Shown: in pieces, positions 12,260-26,459 of the stretch
Layout of the letters: every line of letters begins with the position of its first letter
Position numbering within the stretch: position 1 is the stretch's first letter
Source: Laetmonice hystrix
Lineage: Eukaryota
DNA: 64,000 nucleotides
Direction: 5' to 3'
NCBI GenBank assembly: GCA_965235115.1
Contig: OZ249442.1
Location: 19,840,001 to 19,904,000, forward strand
The notes under the pieces: model-generated
The model's database searches: none
Told to the model about the DNA's origin: nothing
Seen by the model: the letters and a program-made list of their open reading frames with translations, nothing else
Program-made: the position numbers and the translations under genes

Positions 12260-14699
12260 ATAGTTCCCCAGCTCCGCCAGGTGTAACTGTTAGAGATGCT
12301 GGCAGAGCCCGCCTACGTACATCGATTCTGGTTGTTCAATATGAGAACACCCTGGATGATAATTTCCTCAAGTTCCACAAGTATGACGTATCACCCTCTG
12401 TGTTTGTTCTCGTCATTGCTGCACCAACATGTGTTTCAAGAACTGTTTTCTCTGCACATACTAGTGTCAAACATCGCAGAGTGGCAGGAAAAAAAACCTT
12501 TTCAGCTGCCAATTTTTCACCGCCATTAATGGAAGTGCCCTGCGCAAAATGGAAGAGGCCCGCTAGGGCGCGCCACCGGTCACGAGAGCGTGCCGACGTC
12601 AGTACCGGTTGCGCCTGCGCGGCGGTCGTCAGCCCTGTTCGAGGTGTGGGTGGTATTTACACATATTAACCACGCCGTCCTGTGTACATACTCGTGTAGA
12701 GCGCTATTTTCTAGTGTTAGGCTCGGTTCATAATTGACAACATGATGGGAGACGAGCTGAAGGCCAGGTGGGTCGAGTCTGGGCTGGATCCCTAGCGGCG
12801 GGGACTCGACCACTTGCGGTGCGGAGGCCATCAATTATTCACGACTGGACTGGAAGTTTGTCACCACGGACCACCAATGGGGTTGATGTTAACTTTGATT
12901 CAAAGGTCCTGGGCCTCTCCCCCACCGTGTTAGCAGAGTGAATAATGTAACTCCCATTTTTTTGTACAGTTTACCTTTTGGTTTTCCGTCGTATCATATA
13001 GCAGAAAAAGCACCCGAAGGTCAAAAATAAAGACACTTCCCATATCACTATCACCTCCCGACTTCCAGTATTCCGATCCCCCAAAAGTTGGCCCTTTGAT
13101 CTCCATTTCAATCTTAATCCGTGCCCCCTTCTCTTCCCATTGTATTCACGATTGGACAACCTAGAACATGGCAACTTCTCTCACTTTGTATGGATCTAGA
13201 CATGGTGTGTACAGTTCACTCTTTTTATACGAAGAGAAATGTTTACGTCATTGTCAAACATGTATAGCAGTCCTCTATATAAAAAAAGAGAACTACTTTA
13301 AATGGTTTTTCCAGCTTTGAGTATTTCTAACTCATGAGTTTAAATCCTTTACTGATAGTGACAACAGGACCAGAAGACTTATGACGTATACATCCCCTCT
13401 ACATATAAACTCTCCCTCTGCCCGTATTGATATGGTGTAGTTGTATTGACTTTGGTACTGCCAAGTGTAGCTCATACAATGAGCTTCAGTACAGACGTTG
13501 GTAAGTCACTTAACATCAAATCTTTTTTTTCTACGTAAAGCAAGAATCCTATACAAGAGACCACTCAGGGGCGATGAATCTTGTTCAGATGGTATAGTCT
13601 GCTGAAGACAAAACAAGAGTGGAGATTAACTAGCCAGGCCTGAGCACTGACAGATTAACTGGCGGCGAATTATCTGCGGCATTGGGGGAAGTGCTTGTCA
13701 CATTCCGGCAGTATTTCAGACCGAGTGAGACTGTATATAGGCGAACGGGCACCGCCGCCGTTCATTGTGGCCAGCTCAGCGGGGATCTTGCGTCTTTGTG
13801 TTTGTAGATTGACGTGTGGGCACCGACTGGCTGCCACTGTCTCGGCCGCCATCTCCCTCAGTGCTGGAACCGCCCAGCCAGAAATGGTGATAAACGGTAT
13901 AAATTTTACATTATTCCGCGATTAGTTTGCCTGGTGTTTTTGGCGACTTGGCCACCATTTGTGTGGTTGTTGGCGGCTGTAGCAGGCAATGTTTGACACG
14001 GAAATGGATCATATCTCGGGGGTAACAATAGCTGTGTGATGGATCGACTGGCTGTCAGACACTGCGCCATTTACATCGGCGAACGAAGATCAGCGGTGAT
14101 TATCACTGTCTTCGGTGCCATACAACTTGTCGAAGGCCCCGTCGACATACGTGCAAACCCGGCTGGGCTCTGGCTGCGGCAGTGACAGAACGCGAACACC
14201 GTCACCATCATAGATCATGTACTAAGTGGATAAATGTGCCAGAAGTAGCTTTTACCATGCTGCAGCCCGCCGGTAGAAAGGCATTAGCCGTGGGCAGGGT
14301 ATCGGCATCGCATATTACAGCTCCATGCATGCATTTGAACAGCGCGTTGGCCGTGTTTGACATAGCTCTAATGGAGGGGGGCTTTCCCTTCTGAAAGCAA
14401 GGGGGCAGAGGAAGTGAGAAAATGAACTTGCTGCCGCGCCATTTCTGGCCGGGGCACACCTAAATGAATTTCCTGACAATTGTCAAACTATCTGGGCCGT
14501 AATATCCAGTGCTGATCGCTGTGAGGCAAGCCCGCCTCGATTGCCCGCAGTGCCATTGCACTGTAACCTTAGCCACTTGATTGCAAGTGAGTTTTAATTT
14601 CCTTTTGTGCCCGTGTCAAAAGTGTGCCGGGAACGGTTTGGGGATTGTCCGTCAGTCGGGGGAACAGCGGGCGTGGGGGTGGGAATGGGATTTGTGACT

Positions 14700-15250
14700 T
14701 GTCCATCAGTCAGTGGGGCAGTGGAGGGGTGGGATGTATAAATTCGTCAGTCAGTGGGGCTGACTAATTTTGACTTGTCGATAAGTCCGTGGGGCAGCAG
14801 ACTGTGGGGGGAGGGGTGATGCAGATTGTCCAAAGGTCCGTGGGGCAGCAGACTGTGCGGTGATGTGGATTGACCCATCAGCAGACTGTGGGGCTGTGGT
14901 GCTGTGGATTGTCCAAAGGTCCGTGGGGCAGCAGACTGTGCGGTGATGTGGACTGTGGGGCTGTGGGGCTGTGGATTGTTCAAAAGTCCGTGGGGCAGCA
15001 GACTGTGCGGTGATGTGGACTGTGGGGCTGTGGTGCTGTGGATTGTCCAAAGGTCCGTGGGGCAGCAGATCCTGGGAGTGGGTCGTGTTTTAGAATTGTC
15101 AATCAGTGCATGGGTCAGCAGGCTGTGGGGCGTAGGGGGGGATTGTTTGTCAATCAGTGGGGCAGAGGGTTGTGTGGATGCCGGGTGTTTTTGGGTGGTC
15201 TGCCCGTCTGTGGGGCAGCAGGCTGTGGGGGTGTACAGTGTATGGGACAG
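14700..15250. repeat. Degenerate G-rich composite minisatellite
   Basis: Recurring blocks GTCCGTGGGGCAGCAGACTGTGCGGTGATGTGGA and CTGTGGGGCTGTGGTGCTGTGGATTGTCCAAAG, decaying to the right. Confidence 0.85.
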
Positions 15251-16256
15251 GCAGTGGCAGAGTTTCGCCCCCGGCTCGTGGTCGGTCGGGATGCGGTGGT
15301 GGCGGGTTGTGGTTGCCCTTTTCGCCGGCCGGCCGGTGAATCAAGCACTGCTGACGATGACTGCCGTATTGTAGGTGCGGCAGTTCCCTATTGTGGCAAG
15401 AGGATGAGTTGGGTGAGGTCGCTCTATTGTCTCCGCAGCACTCGCTGTTTTCACAGGCTTGATTGCTTGATTGCTCCCTCTCTCAGGGCTGACATCTCTG
15501 ACATGTCTGAATGAGTTGCATTAGCCTTGATGGGCTCCCATCTAACAAGTGCCCTTTACAAACATAAAAAGGCCCCTCCCATTCCCTCTTTTTTTAAAGC
15601 GTGATTTCATGATTGTCACTCAGGGAGTACTTCTATGTTGTCGCTTTGTTTCGCCTTTGTTGGCGCTCGGATAGACCAGACTGAATGCCAACTCAAGTGG
15701 CAGTGGTCGAAAGGTTCCACCGAGCGCCCCAGGTTTTGTGCGATGACAGAGGTTCACAGCTCAGGGTCCATTTGAATAAAGTTTGTGAGCTATTTATCAT
15801 TGGTTTAAGTAGGTGTAACTGAAAGGCTGCAGTTTCTCATGGCAAGGTGTCCCTAACTATGGCGTTTGGTGTGTTTTAGTGTGTGGCCCGGTCGACACGA
15901 GGCCTAGCCGTGTCAAGTCGAGCGGTAGGAGGGTGAGGGTGGGCTGGGGTGGGGGTAACGGCTCGCTCTGGTGTACCTCGGCCTTCTCAGTTGAGCAGAG
16001 GTGTTCACAGTTGTCGACAAAATGACAACAAATTGTCGACAAGAGTAGCAGCCCGGACTGCGCGTACCCTCAGGGCTTGGCGGGTACACCACCAACACCC
16101 GGTCCACGGTGCTGGATCGGGGCTATATAGGTGATCGGCGGTGGAGGGGGTACAGACTGGGGGCGGGGGTGGGAGGGGTGGGGGAGGCCACCCATAGGGT
16201 CTCATCCATCACCTGTCAGAGGACGGCAAGGCATCATCATTCTGACACATACAGAC

Positions 16257-18904
16257 ACTCATCCCCACCTCACAGACTGCAGGTACATTATAATGTTACA
16301 ACGTATCTGTGGAGGTATACGACCTAACTCATCCCCACCTCACAGACTGCAGGTACATGCTATTATAATGTTACAACGTATCTGTGGAGGTATACGACCT
16401 AACTCATCCCCACCTCACAGACTGCAGGTACATGCTATTATAATGTTACAACGTATCTGTGGAGGTATACGACCTAACTCATCCCCACCTCACAGACTGC
16501 AGGTACATGCTATTATAATGTTACAACGTATCTGTGGAGGTATACGACCTAACTCATCCCCACCTCACAGACTGCAGGTACATGCTATTATAATGTTACA
16601 ACGTATCTGTGGAGGTATACGACCTAACTCATCCCCACCTCACAGACTGCAGGTACATGCTATTATAATGTTACAACGTATCTGTGGAGGTATACGACCT
16701 CACTCATCCCCACCTCACAGACTGCAGGTACATGCTATTATAATGTTACAACGTATCTATCGAGGTATTCGACCTAACTCATCCCCACCTCACAGACTGC
16801 AGGTACATTATAATGTTACAACGTATCTGTGGAGGTACGACCTAACTCATCCCCACCTCACAGACTGCAGGTACATGCTATTATAATGTTACAACGTATC
16901 TGTGGAGGTATACGACCTCACTCATCCCCACCTCACAGACTGCAGGTACATGCTATTATAATGTTACAACGTATCTGTGGAGGCATGACCTAACTCATCC
17001 CCACCTCACAGACTGCAGGTACATGCTGTTATAATGTTACAACGTATCTGTGGAGGTATGACCTAACTTATCCCTACCTCACAGACTGCAGGTACATGCT
17101 GTTATAATGTTACAACGTATCTGTGGAGGTATGACCTAACTCATCCCCACCTCACAGACTGCAGGTACATTATAATGTTACAACGTATCTGTGGAGGTAT
17201 TCGACCTAACTCATCCCCACCTCACAGACTGCAGGTACATTATAATGTTACAACGTATCTGTGGAGGTACGACCTAACTCATCCCCACCTTACAGACTGC
17301 AGGTACATGCTATTATAATGTTACAACGTATCTGTGGAGGTACGACCTAACTCATCCCCACCTCACAGACTGCAGGTACATGCTATTATAATGTTACAAC
17401 GTATCTGTGGAGGTATACGACCTAACTCATCCCCACCTCACAGACTGCAGGTACATGCTATTATAATGTTACAACGTATCTGTGGAGGTGTACGACCTAA
17501 CTCATCCCCACCTCACAGACTGCAGGTACATGCTATTATAATGTTACAACGTATCTGTGGAGGTATACGACCTAACTCATCCCCACCTCACAGACTGCAG
17601 GTACATGCTATTATAATGTTACAACGTATCTGTGGAGGTGTACGACCTAACTCATCCCCACCTCACAGACTGCAGGTACATGCTATTATAATGTTACAAC
17701 GTATCTGTGGAGGTATACGACCTAACTCATCCCCACCTCACAGACTGCAGGTACATGCTATTATAATGTTACAACGTATCTGTGGAGGTGTACGACCTAA
17801 CTCATCCCCACCTCACAGACTGCAGGTACATGCTATTATAATGTTACAACGTATCTGTGGAGGTGTACGACCTAACTCATCCCCACCTCACAGACTGCAG
17901 GTACATGCTATTATAATGTTACAACGTATCTGTGGAGGTATACGACCTAACTCATCCCCACCTCACAGACTGCAGGTACATCTATTATAATGTTACAACG
18001 TATCTGTGGAGGTATACGACCTCACTCATCCCCACCTCACAGACTGCAGGTACATGCTATTATAATGTTACAACGTATCTGTGGAGGTGTACGACCTAAC
18101 TCATCCCCACCTCACAGACTGCAGGTACATGCTATTATAATGTTACAACGTATCTGTGGAGGTATACGACCTAACTCATCCCCACCTCACAGACTGCAGG
18201 TACATGCTATTATAATGTTACAACGTATCTGTGGAGGTATGACCTAACTCATCCCCACCTCACAGACTGCAGGTACATTATAATGTTACAACGTATCTGT
18301 GGAGGTATACGACCTAACTCATCCCCACCTCACAGACTGCAGGTACATGCTATTATAATGTTACAACGTATCTGTGGAGGTATGACCTAACTCATCTCCA
18401 CCTCACAGACTGCAGGTAACTGCTATTATAATGTTACAACGTATCTGTGGAGGTATGACCTAACTCATCCCCACCTCACAGACTGCAGGTACATGCTATT
18501 ATAATGTTACAACGTATCTGTGTAGGTATACGACCTAACTTATCCCTACCTCACAGACTGCAGGTACATGCTATTATAATGTTACAACGTATCTGTGGAG
18601 GTATGACCTAACTCATCCCCACCTCACAGACTGCAGGTACATGCTATTATAATGTTACAACGTATCTGTGGAGGTATGACCTCACTCATCCCCACCTCAC
18701 AGACTGCAGGTACATTATAATGTTACAACGTATCTGTGGAGGTATACGACCTAACTCATCCCCACCTCACAGACTGCAGGTACATGCTATTATAATGTTA
18801 CAACGTATCTGTGGAGGTGTACGACCTAACTCATCTCCACCTCACAGACTGCAGGTACATGCTATTATAATGGAGGTATGACCACACTTATTCCTACCTC
18901 ACAG
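16257..18904. repeat. 75-bp minisatellite (70- and 73-bp variants), about 36 copies
   Basis: Unit GACCTAACTCATCCCCACCTCACAGACTGCAGGTACATGCTATTATAATGTTACAACGTATCTGTGGAGGTATAC. It explains the IRPNSSPPHRLQVHAIIMLQRICGG ORFs. Confidence 0.98.
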
Positions 18905-19458
18905 TCAGTCAGTGTCAGTGCTGTCTGTGTCTGTCAGTGTTGGAAAGTGGCAGTACTCTCAGTGTCTGTCAATCGGTGTGTCAGTGCTGTCAGTGTCTCT
19001 CAGTCAGTGTCCGTGACGTCATCGTCTGTCAATCAGTGTGTCAGTGCTGTCAATCAGTGTGCCAGTGTCTGGCAACCAGTGTGTCAGTGCTGCAAATCAG
19101 TGTGTCATTGTCTGGCAACCAGTGTGTCAGTGCTGTCAATCAGTGTGTCAGTGCTGTCAATCAGTGTGTCAGTGCTGTCAATCAGTGTGTCAGTGTCTGG
19201 CAACCAGTGTGTCAGTGCTGTCAATCAGTGTGTCAGTGCTGTCAATCAGTGTGTCAGTGTCTGGCAACCAGTGTGTCAGTGCTGTCAATTAGTGTGTCAG
19301 TGTCTGGCAACCAGTGTGTCAGTGCTGTCAATCAGTGTGTCAGTGTCTGGCAACCAGTGTGTCAGTGCTGTCAATCAGTGTGTCAGTGCTGTCAATCTGT
19401 GTCAGTGTCTGGCAACCAGTGTGTCAGTGCTGTCAATGTGTGAATCAGTGGGTCAGTG
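18905..19458. repeat. 21/22-bp CAGTGT-based minisatellite directly abutting the 75-bp array
   Basis: Interspersed units GTCAGTGCTGTCAATCAGTGT and GTCAGTGTCTGGCAACCAGTGT. Confidence 0.95.
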
Positions 19459-19959
19459 ATACAGGCAGTTTGTAACCTGGCGTCCTGCGTTAGGTTTGTC
19501 TCGCCTTGCGACGTACAGCCACATTCCACTCAGACCTCCGTCCGTGAGGTGTACATCCACCCGCCGGGACACTGTCGACTTGTCTCCGACAGTCTCCTTC
19601 CTACAGGTCACAGCGAGTAAAGGAAGATTGTCATCTTGAGACCACACTGCTGACACCATGCAGGAAGTGGTGATTGGGGGGCCCATCTGACACTTGTATC
19701 TCTCACCTGGTACTCGCTATACTCGGAACAACTTCTCAAGACGATAACAAAAGTCCAACTGTGCGAGAGGTAACGGGGGCATGGCCTCACTAACTGTGGA
19801 CTCTTTGTAATCTGAACGACTAACAAGGATGTGAAGTAAAATGGACTAAAACGGTTTATTGTCATCTGTCATGGTATCTAAAATACTTGGGAGTCCCTAA
19901 ACAGAGATATACATTTGACATTTAAAGCGGTTCTAGTAATTGTGGTTTTAGTTCTATCA

Positions 19960-20125
19960 TGGTGAAGTTAAAGCCGTCCTCGGCTGCCTGGAGCTTTGAG
20001 GACATAGCGGTTATTCTCGGCGTTAGAGAAATCCACTCTGAGAGCCTTGAGCCCTCAGTTACTTGTGTCTTCAGCTTTAGTAAAGTCTGTCCCCTGCCTT
20101 GAACCGTCTCAATAGTGGGTGTTCT
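19960..20125 (-). mobile_element. Possible decayed RTE-clade LINE fragment (post-RT region)
   Basis: The minus strand gives RLY*S, then GSRLSEWISLT...SKLQAAEDGF. This resembles the RTE-type string LYKS...YGSESW.LT....IQAAEMGF as I recall it. Confidence 0.4.
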
Positions 20126-23100
20126 CTGTGGTTGTCAATTCATGTGTCACAGAAAGGTCTTGATGTACTTTCATTCATATATACATTTTATTTTTCTACT
20201 TCTGGCAACCAAATGAAATTCTATTGAAATGTACAAAAAATGACCCAATTTTCGGCTTGTTACGGTTCATGCAGTCACAGCTGTGGCCTCTAATACTGAG
20301 AGCTCAACCGATATACCACTAACCAGCTCAATGTTTTTAAGTATGCCAATTATGTTCTCTTTTTGCTAGGGTATTGTTAAGAAGAAATTTTGGCATTTTT
20401 AACTTAGTTCTTTTCTTCAAAGATTTGATTGAATCTGTGATGTATTAGGTATATTTACGGAGCACAGTATGTAGTAAACGTTTTGGGCGGTCACGCTTGT
20501 ATCGTCTTCCAAATTATCTCGAGGTAAATGATTGAGAGACAGATGTTATTGATGTTGTAATCACCGCTCTCTTCATCTCGTGTTTCTGTGAGACGAACCA
20601 CCAATTGTACCTATTCACGAGCTAGCCAATCATAGAAATACAATTTTTTGAATTAATGTAACTACATAATGAGATGCAAGCGTTGAGAGGGAAACCAGGT
20701 GATTACACGTCGGTAATAATTTTCGGTGAAACGTTAGACGGGGTGCTCTGGGTACGGAGGGTTGGGGTATATGGGGTACGGAGACCGGGGCCCATAAATA
20801 CGGCCCTCAGACGGAGGGCTCCCGGGGGTAATGGAGCAAAGGGAGATTGTGGGTTTAAGGTGGCAACTGGTACTGAGAAAGTGCCCCGGAGGGGTGGTCC
20901 CGTCCGGCGGGTCCCATTACATGGGGTCAGCCAGGTGGGCGGTGGTCAACGAGCTCCGATTGACCACCGCCGCGGTGGCCATCACCCCAGCGGGGGCCCA
21001 CACACCTGAGATATACGTGGTCAAGAGGGCCTGCAGTGCGGGGATCAATGTCCCATTTACCGGGCCTCCGCCAGCGGGGCCGGGCACGGGCCAGTGGCCG
21101 TGAACCCTGGAGGTCAGACTGACACCTGACGGAAGGCCTGTCTCCAAACTGCGCATGCAGCGAGGATTTTAGGAGCAGACATCTGAGCAATGTTACCCTC
21201 AACTCGTGTCGTCCAGAAAAATAGCCGTGGACCTCTCCAGCCACCCAGTCTTACTGTAACCCTGATATTGAGACACAGTTAACAAGTCATCCAGGTATAC
21301 CATTCCCTACCGAGCAAACTAACCGTTGGTCGTCTCTGATCCTCCATCAGAGAGTGGATCTTGGCTGGTCAGTAGGACCTGTTGCAGTTTTGAAAGAGGG
21401 TATAAAGAAAAATAGGAAGTTTGATTTTTTTTTCAGAATGGGTTGAGGGGCCTCCTACATGTGAATCCATGTTGTCTGTCACTGGGACCACGCAACCTGC
21501 AGTGGGTGGCTTTGTGTGAGACCATCTGTCTCTTCAAGGCCAGATTGTTAAACATGGTTTAAAGTTGCGGGCGGGAGCGGGGGCAGGGGTTAGGTTCATA
21601 CCCTGCTTGCTGGGGTCAGAACACCGTGCCATACAGCGCAGTGCTTGATGGCTCTATGGTATAGTAGATAATTTGTAGCTGATTTTTTCTAGAGCTAATT
21701 CCCCCAGTCATTTTCATTAAATCATTCTTTGCACACCTGGCAAAGTGTGAGGCCTCTGGGCGGGGGAGAGGGCCATAAGTTCGGGGACAGGTCGCCTTAT
21801 CACTTGCCAGATCTCGACACCAATATGAACGACAAATTATTATAGCCGGCCGCCCCCGTTGATGTGGGATAGAGCCCTGCGGCCGCCGACCAGCGCTGTG
21901 ACAGCCCACTTGTCAGACATCAAAACCTACCGATATGATGTGCCCGTTTAAACCTTATGTCATAGCCCTTCATCTCATCCCCGCACGGCCGGGCGGCTTA
22001 TCGTAGTGAGGGCCACACACAAAGGGTGCTCCTCCCCATCTACCTCGTCACTGTCACCGGTACACGGCCGTATCAGTCGGGCAACCCCGTCCACCGCCCT
22101 CCAAATCGCTGCCCCCTTTGTCCTGACGTTTCTTTCTCATTAGAATCAATGCTTCACGTTGAAGACATCATCACATATATCACCGCGTTTAGGGACTTTG
22201 GTTTGGTGTGAAAAATGACTGCTGCCCGCCTGTTGAGAAGAGCTACCGTCCTGTCCCAGCATTCCGTGTTCATTGAGAAGGTGCTAACTGTCACGGCCTA
22301 CAATTTCCCGAGAACAAAATAATCGTAATTCAACCGGACCTCATGACGGCGACTGATACTATGGTCGTTTGTGGGGTAGTCAAAGCAACAGTAAGGGGCT
22401 TAAAAGTTCATAGAGCTTTCTCCTAACAATGGACCAAACATTTCTCAAATAGAAGAACCTAAAAAACTTGCTATCACTCAAGAAGAGCAATTTACATTAG
22501 CATTTATTCTGAACGTAGTTGTGGGCGTGTATTTAGCTTGAACCATCACTGAAAACGAAATCCGAAATAAGCTGGTCCTTTTCAGGCGTCGGAGCTCCAG
22601 GATGCATGCTTGACAATTTTAAGCATCACAGTCTGCAGATCATAGTCTCCTTTTCAAGCGTCAGAGCTGACGCCTAAGAGGCGGATACGTGACAAGTCAC
22701 ACGGATTTCTCTGTGAAATCAGCCCAGAAAAAAAATTCATATCATAATGATTAGGTATATCCTGAGGATGGTCCCGTTGTAGGAGTGAATTTAGGTACAC
22801 CCATTGACTGATACTTATGGGGCTATAGATCCGGGCTGCCGATCATTAGGGCCATCATTAGGTCCCTAATAACGGTAATAATTAACGAGTTCCTGTCACA
22901 CCTGAAAGGGTCAGTAGTTCTGAATGTGGTGACTATAGGCTGTGTGGGTGGTCATTGGAGCAAGCGATGTATGGTCATCGGTTTAGTATGAGATATGGTG
23001 AGTCGTTTGGACCTGGCATTAAATAGAGTGAATGCTTCGACCGTTGGTGGGATGATGAGTATTTTGTGTGAGACTTCTTGTCCAAAGTACTTGTCCCACG

Positions 23101-23859
23101 TCTTGGACACCTTGACCGGGACAGATCGGACCCCGGTCTGATCATCCACGGGCGACACGGGACCGTCTGGAGGGGAGGGGGAGGGAACCGGCGGTACCAC
23201 CTCTCTCCCCGGGAGTTGTTCTTCGTCGTCTGTCACCCGACCCGGTCAACACCGCAATGCTGTCACAGTCCGAGACTGGCGTCGATGGCATGGACCCGGC
23301 CCTCGCCCGACCGGCCAGCCGCCCGCCCGCCCGGCCGGCCGCTCCGAGTCGGGAAGTCTCAGCCCTGCCACCCCCACCGCTCTCCGCGGGTCATTTCCCC
23401 TCAATCGGTAACATCAGAAATGTTTTAGGTGGTCGACGACAGGCAGGTGGCCGCCTGGTCCGTGCTGGAGCTCACTCGGTGCCGCTCGTCAGCAGCCGTT
23501 ATTTATGGACAGTTATTCATTTGTAGCAGTCATTACATCAGTCGATACTTGTCTGTGATAACCAACCCTTTTAGAGTCGCCGGCGTCGGGCAGCAGAGTT
23601 CACAAGGCTACCAAGACAGATGGGTGGGGGTGGGGTGGGGGTGGGGGGCTGCATGTGCTGGCCATGTTTTCAGAGGTCAAAGGTTTGATTACAGTGCATG
23701 AGGCTGCGGCATGGAACAAATTGTGATACATTTCATCATGAGGTATTATCCTCTGGAGGTCTATATATTATCTGAGATGTGACTTATGTTTCCATCAAAG
23801 TGGGATTGACGGATGTCTACATACATCTTCTACCCCTCCCCACCCACCCTGGACTTTCT

Positions 23860-25840
23860 ACCCACACCGTCCCAATCACCTGTGCTGTGACAACCTTCTC
23901 TTCACACACCAACACCGTCCCAATCACCTGTACTCTGACAACCTTCTCTTCACACACCCACACCGTCCCAATCACCTGTACTCTAACAACCTTCTCTTCA
24001 CACACCAACACCGTCCCAATCACCTGTACTCTGACAACCTTCTCTTCACACACCAACACCGTCCCAATCACCTGTACTCTGACAACCTTCTCTTCACACA
24101 CCCACACCGTCCCAATCACCTGTACTCTGACAGCCTTCTCTTCACACACCAACACCGTCCCAATCCCCTGTGCTCTGACAACCTTCTCTTCACACACCAA
24201 CACCGTCCCAATCACCTGTACTCTGACAACCTTCTCTTCACACACCAACACCGTCCCAATCACCTGTACTCTGACAACCTTCTCTTCACACACCAACACC
24301 ATCCCAATCACCTGTACTCTGACAGCCTTCTCTTCACACACCCACACCGTCCCAATCACCTGTACTCTGACAGCCTTCTCTTCACACACCAACACCGTCC
24401 CAATCACCTGTACTCTGACAACCTTCTCTTCACACACCAACACCGTCCCCATCACCTGTACTCTGACAACCTTCTCTTCACACACACCAACACCGTCCCA
24501 ATCACCTGTACTCTGACAACCTTCTCTTCACACACCAACACCGTCCCAATCACCTGTACTCTGACAGCCTTCTCTTCACACACCAACACCGTCCCCTGTA
24601 CTCTGACAACCTTCTCTTCACACACCAACACCGTCCCAATCACCTGTACTGTGACAACCTTCTCTTCACACACCAACACCGTCCCAATCACCTGTACTCT
24701 AACAACCTTCTCTTCACACACCAACACCATCCCAATCACCTGTAGTCTAACAACCTTCTCTTCACACACCAACACCGTCCCAATCACCTGTACTCTGACA
24801 ACCTTCTCTTCACACACCAACACCGTCCCAATCACCTGTAGTCTAACAACCTTCTCTTCACACACCAACACCGTCCCAATCACCTGTACTCTGACAACCT
24901 TCTCTTCACACACCAACACCGTCCCAATCACCTGTACTCTGACAACCATCTCTTCACACACCAACACCGTCCCAATCACCTGTACTCTAACAATCTTCTC
25001 TTCACACACCAACACCGTCCCAATCACCTGTGCTCTGACAACCTTCTCTTCACACACCAACACCGTCCCAATCACCTGTACTCTGACAACCTTCTCTTCA
25101 CACACCCACACCGTCCCAATCACCTGTACTCTGACAACCTTCTCTTCACACACCAACACCGTCCCAATCACCTGTACTCTGACAACCTTCTCTTCACACA
25201 CCAACACCGTCCCCTGTACTCTGACAACCTTCTCTTCACACACCAACACCGTCCCCTGTACTCTGACAACCTTCTCTTCACACACCAACACCGTCCCAAT
25301 CACCTGTACTGTGACAACCTTCTCTTCACACACCAACACCGTCCCAATCACCTGTACTGTAACAACCTTCTCTTCACACACCAACACCGTCCCAATCACC
25401 TGTACTCTGACAACCTTCTCTTCACACACCCACACCGTCCCAATCACCTGTACTCTGACAGCCTTCTCTTCACACACCAACACCGTCCCAATCCCCTGTG
25501 CTCTGACAACCTTCTCTTCACACACCAACACCGTCCCAATCACCTGTACTCTGACAACCTTCTCTTCACACACCAACACCGTCCCCTGTACTCTGACAAC
25601 CTTCTCTTCACACACCAACACCGTCCCAATCCCCTGTGCTCTGACAACCTTCTCTTCACACACCAACACCGTCCCAATCACCTGTACTCTGACAACCTTC
25701 TCTTCACACACCAACACCGTCCCCTGTACTCTGACAACCTTCTCTTCACACACCAACACCGTCCCCTGTACTCTGACAACCTTCTCTTCACACACCAACA
25801 CCGTCCCCTGTACTCTGACAACCTTCTCTTCACACACCTG
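23860..25840. repeat. 48-bp minisatellite with a 42-bp deletion variant, about 42 copies
   Basis: Unit ACCAACACCGTCCCAATCACCTGTACTCTGACAACCTTCTCTTCACAC; the 42-bp units lack AATCAC. It explains the TTFSSHTNTVPITCTL and VCEEKVVRVQVIGTVL ORFs. Confidence 0.98.
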
Positions 25841-26459
25841 TACACCCACCTCCTTTCCAACTACACACATATACTTCTGCATCTCTTATTATACAACTTA
25901 TATTTTAATAACTGGCCCTGTATACCTCTGAACTCCTAACCTCCAGCACACCTTGTCAAACCCACCCCGTTAAGGCGAGTCTGTCTCAGGTAGCGGTAAG
26001 TTACCTGTACACACACGTATACCAGAAACACCGGGCACCCTTGAGGCGCCTCGTTTGGTAACTTATGGACCGAAGCCACACGGCCACTTATTCTCAGACT
26101 CTGAACAATTAGATAATCCTTGGACTCCTCAAGTTACAGTGACGTAAATCATCCACCCTCCCCCTGCTGCCTGGGGTTCCCCTACACCCCCAGCCCCGTG
26201 CCCCAGCCTTGGCCCGCCATTTTTGCTGTCTCTAGTTGCCATTTTTTCATTGTAAACGGCGGACCACCGGCGTCGAGAGGGGGAGACGGCGGTCCGTTCC
26301 ACGCCGACACTCAACACTTGTAGATGCTAACATGAATCAGTTGAGCTGTCTGAAGTCGACCGGTGGCGGAGAGGGGCCAGGTGGGGCGTATTAATGTGGC
26401 TGTTGGCAGGGAGGGGGCGCCCTGCATGCCCGGGGATGTTAGGTTGGCGTCAGGTTTGC

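Noticed and set aside
20740-21160. GC-rich overlapping ORFs; CSITPGSPPSEGRIY resembling the Gypsy pre-RT linker
   Set aside because: No downstream RT motifs follow, and open frames on both strands are expected at this GC content.
22576-22595. Histone 3' stem-loop-like GGTCCTTTTCAGG
   Set aside because: The 3' arm (AGGCGT) does not complete the stem, and there is no histone ORF upstream.
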